From the NCBI GenBank assembly GCA_965637545.1, contig OZ281498.1, positions 4,092,001-4,156,000 on the forward strand: a stretch of DNA of 64,000 nucleotides. The letters run 5' to 3'. The translations under genes and the position numbers were made by a program. This document shows positions 52,056 to 62,209 of this stretch, in pieces; the stretch's first letter is position 1, and every line of letters starts with the position of its first letter. This DNA comes from Phallusia mammillata (Eukaryota). A model generated the notes under the pieces. The model was not told the origin of the DNA and searched no databases. It saw only the letters and a program-made list of their open reading frames with translations.

Positions 52056-52615
52056 ATTACATTGTCGAAAAGCGGTTAAGAACTTTATGGAGAATATTCA
52101 GGATTTGATCAATACTAAAAATAAAAACCCGTTAATCTTTATTCCTTAAGGTTCATTGTTCGACTGTTCACTTGTGTTTTTGTAGCTTGTTTTGTTATTT
52201 TTCTGTCAGAATAAACCGCATTTTTTACTACGTAGCGCATATTATTACCTTATGTGTGAATTTAAATGTACATATGCCTCGTGTGATTGAACTCCCAATT
52301 ACAGTTGATACCACCAGTAAACTTATACTGTACAAGTGGTTCGTAACTTACCGGTCGCTCTGTGTTTTGCTCTCCCCCTTTTTCTCATTGGGTTTTGCGT
52401 GACGGGCGAATATCATCATGTATTAGATAAGGTTCAGGATTGATTAAAAACAGGCTAGATTTGGTCGCGACTCCAAACTAGGCAGCATATCTGCCAAAGT
52501 TTCACCAATTTTCGGGCTTAGTTTTAAAAAAATATTCTGGACGGGTTTTGGGCTCGTACATTTGGGTTTGAGTCGGTATGGGCTGCATTTTCAGGTCATT
52601 AACGTGATTCTTTTT

Positions 52616-52830
52616 ATGCGTGACCTTGGTGTTTTTAGGCGTATTTCTATTCGTGTGTAATAGTTGTAACGTTCTGTGTTTTTATAGATTAGATCGCAAT
52701 GGTTGGATTTGCAAAACCGACCGAACCGAATATGTCAAGTTTAAATCAAAATATCTTCATGCTTCCTCGTTCAGATCAGCCAAAGTTGGCAATGTTCTTG
52801 CTGTAGTCCGTTTGTGTTTAACAGACCGAC
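52616..52830 (+). pseudogene. Possible exon 1/2 relic
   Basis: LVFLGVFLF ~ VVFLIGVFF; AKVG ~ HKVG. Confidence 0.3.
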
Positions 52831-53069
52831 CCGTTTGCTATTGTGAAACCACCATTCCCCACTTTGTCTTTTCTGCGTTAAACCGAAGTCCTCAAAACGA
52901 TTAAGCTGCCACTTGTAAGTCTCACAATTTTATGAACTGGTATTTGCACATATTGCCTACAGTCATTATTGTATCCACACAAACAAAACATTTAATTAAG
53001 AGCAAGAAGGATACGTCGAGTGCATAGCACGTTTATTTGGGGTTTAGGGCGTTTAATCCGATAATATTT

Positions 53070-56000
53070 TTTTTGTTTTAGGGGTGACATGTCAAAAGGT
53101 TAAATTGTACTGCCAACAAACCCGCGGTTCATCGAAGCTCAAATTGGAACTTCCACACACCTTTTGTGGTTTGAGATGTCTGGTGAACCGGTAAGATGCT
53201 TATTCGAGTTCATGTTCGTCAAGGTTGAAAGCATTGCAGCCACGCCGTCTTTACGCGGCCTAGTGACATGCGCTCAGTTGGGCATTTCAGGTAACAATGC
53301 CTAAAAATTGGAGATCAGGACACAGTATGGATTTGAATTGATGGTTTTGACGAAAGGATATTTAAATGAATTATTGTACCTATAAGCTGTGACAATCAGG
53401 AATTCGCAAAGGGGTTTGAATAGTGGTCAAGTACGGTATGTAATCATTTGATTTACAAAAGATATATGTTTTCATAAGTTATAACTTTATAACAGCGCCT
53501 ATATTGAGAACAGATACGAAAAGTATGCTCTCCACATAGGCTTATATATGTTGCACCATGCTGTGTAGTGTATAAGTAAAAATTTTATTCTAAACGGTCA
53601 TTTAACAACACCGACATTGCGTTTGCAGCTGTCTATTTTAATAAACTGTATGTTATTAACCTTATTACTTTTTTGTTTACATAGAAGTGAAGATGTCAAG
53701 TAAAAAATACTTTGTGGTGTTTTTGATTGGCGTTTTCTTTTGCTTTGCGGCCAACTATACAATGGTAGATTTGTCATCAAGTTTCAATGTCAAAAATGGT
53801 CTGGGTAAGTGTTTTTATACGCAAAAATATTTATACTGTCATTTTTTGTATACATGTCAAAAACGTAAGCTCACAGGTTACTGTTTGCATGTTTCTCCGC
53901 GCTATTTATACGTCAAGTGATACCGTCTTCGCTAGCAGAAACCACTGCATGTATTTCTCAGGAACCACATCGCTTGCCATATGCTATGCGGTGTCCATCG
54001 TTGCTGCTTTGCCAACCCCAGCTTTTGGACACAAAGTTGGCTGCAAACGCCTTCTAATAGTTGGCGAAGTGGGATATTTAATCTACATCCTTGCAAACCT
54101 ATATTCAGGTAACATATATGGAACCTTTTTACAAGTTACGTGTTTTGTCCATTCTTTTTTATCAGTTTGTGATTAACTTTGTCTGTAGGATACATAACTC
54201 TTGTTCCGGCTGGTTTCTTTTTTGGCATTGGCGAAGCTTGGGTTTGGACAGCCTTGCCTATTGTCGTCGCATACTTTGCAGAACAGCAACAAGACAAAAA
54301 CGAAAGTTCTGGAAGTCAACTGCGAAGATTGACAGGCTATTACCATGCGGTCATCGAACTAAGCACGGTTAAAAATATTTTCAAACATATTGTTATGCCT
54401 TTAAGCCAATTTTTACAAAAGGTTTTAAGAGTGCAATATATTTTGCACCTTTCAGAGAAATTTTGGTATATGTCCTTATGGCGAACCTTCAGTAGTTTGA
54501 AAATTTATGGGTGCTTATAAATTTTTTTGACATAACTTACTTATTTTTTGTAGTTTTGCTTTAATTTTAGTAGTTTTAAAGTTACCTTTGTAGTTAACAG
54601 GAAGCGCCATCAGTTTCGTGCTGCTGTACATTGACCGATCGCTTTCGAATCAATCTATTTCAAACTTTACCCCAGTAGCTCTCAACCTGGCGGTTTGCGG
54701 GGCCAACGACTGTCAAATACCCAACGTCACGAAAGCAAATGAGCAGCAATATCAACCGACATACCCGATAACAAAATATCTGTTGATTGCCATAATTGCT
54801 GGAATGAGCATTATCGCAATACTACTCTTCTACTTTTACATTCCCGATGAAGTTGCATGGGATTTAGAGAATAACATCGTTGAAGATACCACTAAAGTAA
54901 ATGTATATTCAATTGGGTTAAAAAAATCGTGGAAACCTGCAAAATCTGATCGACAATCACTAATAATAACCAACGGAAACTTATCAGCGGTAAAACAAGA
55001 AGTCGAATATGATGGCTGCAAGGTTAGTTGACTTATTTACATGCACTTTAAACTTCTGCATTGCCAGGATTAATCAATTTGTCTTGTACTATTTATTGAG
55101 TTTGGGCAAATATACGTCACTATTTTCATTCAAAGATTTCTACATATTCATTGATGGTACAATCAGTAAAGGACATGTTTAAACTTTCTATAAGCGGAAA
55201 ACACCTTCTCATTGTTCTGCTGGCTATTTACAGTGGGACATTGAACGGTTTTCATTCCGGTGAACTGACTCGAGCATTTGTTTCCTGCATTCTTGGTGTT
55301 GATCACGTGAGTACTACAACAAATAAAGGGAATTTAGTGACGAAATCTAACTGTTTTGGGCTTCAAAATTTTAATATGCTTAGCGTTAGAACAGAAGTGA
55401 ACATTCTGCGGCCACAGATACAGATTTATACTGCTGTGGACATGTGTATTAAAACATCTGTTTTTAAAAAATAAAAAGTATCCTAAATACTTTTTTATTA
55501 GATAATTTGCTTATAAAACTAGGCTACTATATCAACTGAATAATCCATCAAATTTAGTTTGCGTTTTAATGAAATATTTTACGGCAGCTATATTTATGCG
55601 TTCAGTATGAGTTTGTAAAGAGTGCACATATTTTTCTTTTGTTTCTGCTTGTATTATAGTTTGTTTTAAAATTTGGATTGTGACGTTTCGAGCTGGCCTA
55701 CAATTTGTGGAATGTCGTCGTCAGTATGGGTTATACATGGCAGTTCGCTGTTAGCACCTTCTTTTGCGTGTACGTTAAAATCTACATCCAACTCGGATTG
55801 CTGGGTGCTGCAATGATTACTTACTGTGGGTATTTGTGATGTAGAATAAGGTTTCCGTTTTCCCCAAAATTTCATTTTTGTGCAATAATATGAATTTTTT
55901 AGTCATTTCCCAAGTGATCTACTATCCCGAACAAGGCTGGTTGATTCAAAGCAACAAGAAAAAAAATAATTGTCATAAATTATTAACGTCGGATGAACAA

Positions 56001-56560
56001 TTACTCTTGGATGATCTGACCTTTAATTAATTTCAACACACTTTTCTTGTTACCCTTACCATCATTACCATTTGCAATTCGAACGTCTTCCACTCCTCAA
56101 CTTAATTTAAATGCAATGTATCAACCTAAAGAACGGCCTGTTTTTTGTTTTTGCAAAAGCAACCTAACATATAAGTTATTTTATTTATGTGAAATGAAAT
56201 AAATCACCTCGTTTCTACATTTTTATAATAAAGTCTAATCAATTTGTTGTACAAATAGTCCACATTATTGTCATGATACAAACTGTCTTGTTGCATTCGA
56301 TTTAGAACAAAACGTTATTTTGGGTTTAAGTCGTTTAAATATGTAAAAAACTTGATGACTAGCAAGAAGATTAAATTGTGCTACCAACAAACCCAAGGAA
56401 TGTCCTTCGCAGTTTTACCCCCAAACTTGAAGTTTCAAACACCTTTGTTCGTGGTTTGGATGTCTGGTGATCGTCAAGGTTGAAAGCGTCGCAGCCACGT
56501 CGTATTTACAAAGCGTTGTGTGACATGCGCTCATAAAAAGCTCAATTCAGCAGTTCAGGC
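53070..56560. repeat. Upstream block duplicated with G6/G7 (53070-53300 ~ 56370-56560)
   Basis: ccaacaaaccc..gatgtctggtga..tcgtcaaggttgaaagc..gcagccacg..gtgacatgcgctca shared. Confidence 0.7.
53693..56030 (+). pseudogene. UNC93-like G6: recent duplicate of G7 lacking exon 6 and 35 nt of exon 7 (possibly still in frame, ~432 aa)
   Basis: Intact exons 53693-53804, 53962-54108, 54189-54367, 54594-55022, 55136-55306, then 55693-55825 (after a cryptic gag| acceptor) and 55903-56030; no exon-6 sequence between 55307 and 55692. Confidence 0.8.
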
Positions 56561-57285
56561 AACAAATGCCTTACTGGTAGATAAGGTTAACATAAAAAGT
56601 TGTTGATGTGCGCAGGTAAGTTCACTAAACGAAACAAATAAGAAGATTAATGCAAGGTACCAATTTGAATCGATATAGACTTGAAAACCTCAGATTAGTT
56701 GAATACAAGTTCATGGAATGTTATTGTGATCACGCTGTGACAATCAGGCATTTGCAGATGGGATTTTGACATTAGGTACCATTCTAACCGTTGGTGGTTT
56801 TAAGCATTTTGATTACATCTATAACCTCCTCGATTTTTTAAACATTGCAGTGGCGAAAAGAAATCACTGTTATTGGGTCCTTATTATTCGCTGTTTTGGT
56901 TAGTTGGCTGTAAAGTCTAAAGAAATTGCCCTTCAGACTGGGGATTCTTTGCATATGTCTAAAATTTACGCCGACTTCACATATGGCACTTGATGTTGGA
57001 CATTACAACCACGTACTGTTCAGTCAAGCAGTCCCTAAAATAGGACTTTTCCAAATTAGGATGGTAATCCATACCAACCAATAGATTTGAAACAAAAGCC
57101 GAAAAGTTCAGTGACATCCTTTTCATTTTGGGGTGCATAGTTTGCTTCATCTGATTCAGATTTAAGGTATATGAATATTTTATTTTGAAAGAACGTGCAA
57201 TTTATTATGATTTTAGTTTATGATAGCGCCCATAAAAACAACTACTCAGATAAAGTTATAGCCTACGGAGCAAATAGGCTTACAG

Positions 57286-57974
57286 CAGGGGTGCACAACC
57301 TGCGGCCGTGAACATATTTATTAAAACATATGTACTGCCAGCCGTGACGTAAATAAAACTCTTTTGCTAAATATTTGATTTTTATTCTGTTCTAAACAGA
57401 TTTTGTGGTACTGAAAAGAGTATTATCAGCCGTATAGGCGTTAGATTTTTTGTGCGCCCATTGTGTGCAAACAATGCGGAAAAACAGGTGCCACAAGCGT
57501 CACAACATAAATTAGACCAGGGGTGGGCAAACTTTTCAGTGCAAGGGCCGCATTCAAATGTTCATAATCTTATGGGGCCGCATAGTATTTCACCAACGGC
57601 CCCCAATTACTTACTGGTGTAAAAAATTAGATTTATATCATATATATATATACCATTTAAAGCCGCCTAAAAAAAAGGTGTATAAGTTTAACTGAATGGA
57701 GATAACTGTTTATGACGTCATAATCTATATTGTGACGATTACGGTACCTGTTCTTTTCGCATTGTTTGCTCACAATAAGCGGATAAAAAGCCTTGCGCAT
57801 ATGGCCAGTCTCACGAAATCTCGTTTTAGCAGTTTGAAAATCGAAATATTTGGCAAAATACTTTTAGTCACGTCACGGCAGCCAGTATATATATTTTAAC
57901 ATACAAGGTCACGGCCGCACAAACTCGTCTCCGCGGCCGCATATGGTCGTACGACCGGAGGTTGTGCACCCCTG
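57286..57974. mobile_element. hAT MITE ends CAGGGGTGCACAACC / GGTTGTGCACCCCTG
   Basis: Perfect 15-bp TIR pair, no matching TSD; overlaps the next element. Confidence 0.6.
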
Positions 57975-58592
57975 ATTTAGCCCAAAATATTAACATAGTA
58001 TATTTTCAGATATGTGCAAATACGTTTGTTATCACTTTGTTTGAAGAAACATTGGTTGAAACGCTACAATTAGGCTTTTCTTGCAACATAGGCTACACCA
58101 CGTTTTTTTGTGAATAAATTCCTTGCGCCAACATTAAACAAAGCGAGCGGGTCTGTGTTAACGATTCTAAAGCCGTGTTTAATGTCCGTTTGCAATGTAC
58201 TCCTAAACTTGATCCAAAGTGACCAAAGTTTTGGCGTCAACAGTGCAAAGTGGGCTGTAATTGAAAACGTGAATAGCTTTTACTTTTATCGAACGAAGAA
58301 ATTGTGTCAAGTGACGATTTGTATAATAACGTGGCAGAAACAACAGGCTAAAACATATAAAACGTATCTGTGTTTATAGTTCCAAAGTATGGTACTGGTA
58401 CAGATTCTGCATATGGTATAGGTATCGGCAAGTCGCACCTTCGGTATTTTTTAAAACTCTACGCCTGTGCTTATAATACTATTCAGCGTTGCTCAGCAAC
58501 TTTCTTTTTAAAATTTGCTAACATTTGGCGGGCCGCATAAACTCCTTTGCCGGGCCGCATGCGGCCCGCGGGCCGTAGTTTGCCCACCCCTG
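57518..58592. mobile_element. 1075-bp hAT MITE (MER5/Charlie-like ends)
   Basis: TIRs CAGGGGTGGGCAAACT / AGTTTGCCCACCCCTG; TSD AATTAGAC/GATTAGAC; gcgggccgc subterminal repeats. Confidence 0.85.
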
Positions 58593-58954
58593 GATTAGAC
58601 TAATCGCCAGACTGTGCAGCTAAATCTGTGCAGCAAGTTAGAAATTGATCTGGGCTTTTAAGGCGTCATTAGAAGTTATGTAGCCTATATAAGATAAACC
58701 TATTTCGTTACATCAGGAATTTAATAATTTTGAAACAAAAACGAACACTTGACGGCCGTTGTTGAAAAGGATCTGCGATGCGGCCCTCATAACAAAAAGT
58801 TTGTGCACCCATGGCTTATAGGATTAATCCATCTGTGTTATGTATTAAGACCACATTCCACAAAACCAACATATAGTATAGACAAGCTGTATGTTTTTGC
58901 ATGTGGAGAGACGTGTATTAACCTCCGTTCTTTTTTGTTTATATAGAAGTGAAG

Positions 58955-61835
58955 ATGTCAAGTAAAAAATACTTTGTGCTGTTTTTAATCGGGGTCTTCT
59001 TTTGCTTTGCCGCCAACTACACAATGGTAGACTTGTCATCAAGTTTCAATATCAAAAATGGTGTGGGTAAGTGTCTTTATACACAACAGAAAGATTTATT
59101 TTACAATTGTTTACATGCACGTTTTACATTTGCTCTAAACTTGTCTGCAAAACCATCAAAGCAAAGCGCACAAAATATGTACAGCTTGTTGTTTCCATGT
59201 GAAGATGTAGTTCACCACACTTTGAAGACGTTATTTATACGTCAAGTGATACCGTCTTCGCTAGCAGAAACCACTGCATGTGTTACACAGGAACTACATC
59301 GCTTGCCATATGCTATGCAGTGTCCATCGTTGCTGCTTTGCCTACCCCAGCTTTTGGACACAAAGTTGGCTGCAAAAGCCTTTTAATGATTGGCGAAGTG
59401 GGATATTTAATCTACATTCTTGCCAACCTATATTCAGGTAACCTTTTCACAAGTTACGTGTTTTGTCAATTGTTTTTGTCAGTTTGTTGTTGACATTGTC
59501 TGTAGGATACATAACTCTTGTTCCGGCTGGTTTCTTTGTGGGCATTGGCGAAGCTTGGGTTTGGACAGCCTTGCCTATTGTCGTCGCATACTTTGCAAAA
59601 CAGCAACATAATGAAAACGAAAGTTTTGGAAGTCAACTGCGAAGATTGACAGGCTATTACCATGCCGTAATCGAACTAAGCACGGTAAAAATAGGAAAAC
59701 AAGAGTATTAAACTGAATTTCAAAAAAGGTTTATTAAAGTAAAACAGTTTAATTTTGCACCTTTTGTAAAGACAAATGTAATTTTGCTATTATTCCTTAT
59801 AGCAAAAGTGATTTACTGTTTTTAACCTCCCTATTATTTTTTATAGTTTGATTTACTTTTAATAGTTTATTAAATATGTTTGTAGTTAACAGGAAGCGCC
59901 ATCAGTTTCGTTGTGTTGCACATTGACCGTTCGCATCCAAATGAATCCACATCAAACATTACTTCGGAACCTCGCGACTTAACTGTTTGCGGGGCCAACG
60001 ACTGTCAAATACCCAACATTACGAAAGCAAATGCGCAGCAATATCATCCGACATACCCGATAACAAAATACCTGTTTATTGCCATAATTGCTGGCATGAG
60101 CATTGTCGCAATACTACTTTTCTACTTTTACATTCCCGACGAAGTTGCTTGGGATTTAGAGAATTATAACATCGTTGAAGATACGACTAAAATAAGTATA
60201 TATTCAATTGGGTTGAAAAAATCGCGGAAACCTGCAAAACCTGATCAAAAATCACTTATAATAACCAACGGAAACTTATCAGCGGTAAAACATGAAGGCG
60301 AATGTGATGTAAAAAATACTGACTGCAAGGTTAGTTGACCTCACTTACATGCTTTTCTTCTTGTTTCTTATATTTTTTAAGTTCAGCCAAATATACGACA
60401 TTTATTTTATTGAAATGCTTTTAACTTTTTTACAGAGTTCTACATATTCATTTTTGGTACAATCAATGACGGACACGTTTAAACTTGCTATAAGCGGAAA
60501 ACACCTTCTTATTGTTCTGCTGGCAGTTTATAATGGAGCATTGAGTGGTCTTCGTTCCGGTGAACTCACTAGAGCATTTGCCTCCTGTATTCTCGGTGTT
60601 GATCACGTGAGTTTCCAGAAGCATGTTTTTACTTTCTGTTTAGACTTGTATTGTGGTCACAGTTTTTAAAATTGCGGTCAACTTGCAATCAACTTCCGCA
60701 AAATCTATACCTTTCGGATTCTGTAAAAATATAAAGGTTGTAGATCATTGCCGTAAGCGGGCCGTTCGAGTTCCATTGGATTTATGAGATGGTTATTGAT
60801 ACAAAATAGTTAACATACTATAAAGACAATCGTTACGTTCATTAACTCTGGTCTTTACTTTATATTTGAGACGACGTAGAGCAGGGGTCGGTAACTCCCA
60901 CCACGTCTGCCACAGGGGGGAACTCGAGATCTATTCAGGACAATCCCTACAAGAATAAAGTAACACATTACTTTGCTTTAAAATATACTGCGCATTGATA
61001 AGCTTGTTTGCAAGTTCCCACCAGCTAATTTGCTAGACTATGAAAGGGGAACAAAATTTCGACGTTATTTTAGATGGATCACAGTACCTTGAAAAAAATC
61101 TTTTAGTTTAAATTTCTTTATTTTTAGGTTGGAATCTGTATGATGGTTTTCTCTGCAACTACCTGCATTGCTTGTGTTGCATGCGGCAAGTTTTCCGCCA
61201 AATACGGAAGAAATATACCGTTTTTACTTGCTTCTGTGGTAGATGTCGCCACCTATATATTTTGTCTTAACTGGAACATCACCGCAGCCAATACTTGGCT
61301 TGTATACATACTTTTTGCTATGTTTGGAATTTCTCTTGCCGTTTGGAACACACTCGTAATTGGTAAGTTTATTAATGTGTGTAATGACATCCAGTTATGC
61401 AAAATGTCTTCGCACAGCATACATAGGCTTGTAACAACAGTTTCAGGAAAAAGATCGATTACCACAATTGCCTTTCTTAGCGCTCTATGGGGAATACTTT
61501 GAAGACGAAGACAAGCTGGCCTATAATTTGTGGAATGTCGTCGTCAGTGTCGGTCTTATGTGGCAGTTCGCTGTTAGCACCTTCTTTTGTGTGTACGTTA
61601 AAATCTACATCCAGCTCGGATTGCTTGCTGCTGCAATGATAACCTACTGTAAGTAGTTGTTTGGGTTTAGAACCACATTGAAGTACAGGTTTCTCTGTAT
61701 TTTATAGTCATTTCCCAAGTGATCTACTATCCAGAGCAATGTCCGTTGATTCAAAGCGACAAGAAAAATAATAGTCGTTATAGATTATTGACGTCGGATG
61801 AACAATTGCTCTTGGATGATCTGACGTTTGATTAA
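58955..61835 (+). CDS. UNC93A: UNC93-like MFS protein G7 (~527 aa, 8 exons)
   Basis: Exons 58955-59066, 59291-59437, 59506-59684, 59886-60329, 60436-60606, 61128-61362, 61481-61648, 61708-61835; GT-AG, phases consistent. Confidence 0.9.
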
Positions 61836-62209
61836 TTCATCACCCTTCTCTTGTTACCCTTACCATTATTATCATTTGCAGCATCAGTTTTGATACGATT
61901 ACTTGCATTTGCTGCCAAACGAGTTGATGTTTTCGGTTTCGTGCACCAAACATTTCAAAATTATTTTTTTTTGTATTTTAACCAGCAAACGTTTTTACCG
62001 TGCAAGTTAATAGGGTGGTAAAACAATATTCGTCGACATGCTGCATGGAAAGGCTCACAAACTTGCAAATTGCATTGAATTTCTGTCCATTGTGATTATT
62101 AGATAATGTGAAAGTGAAATTTATTAATATACTTACACCAGGGCGCAAGAGCAGTTCTTATTTTGGTAACGGTTTTGGAGCAATTAATAACAATAAAATT
62201 CTAGGCGAA

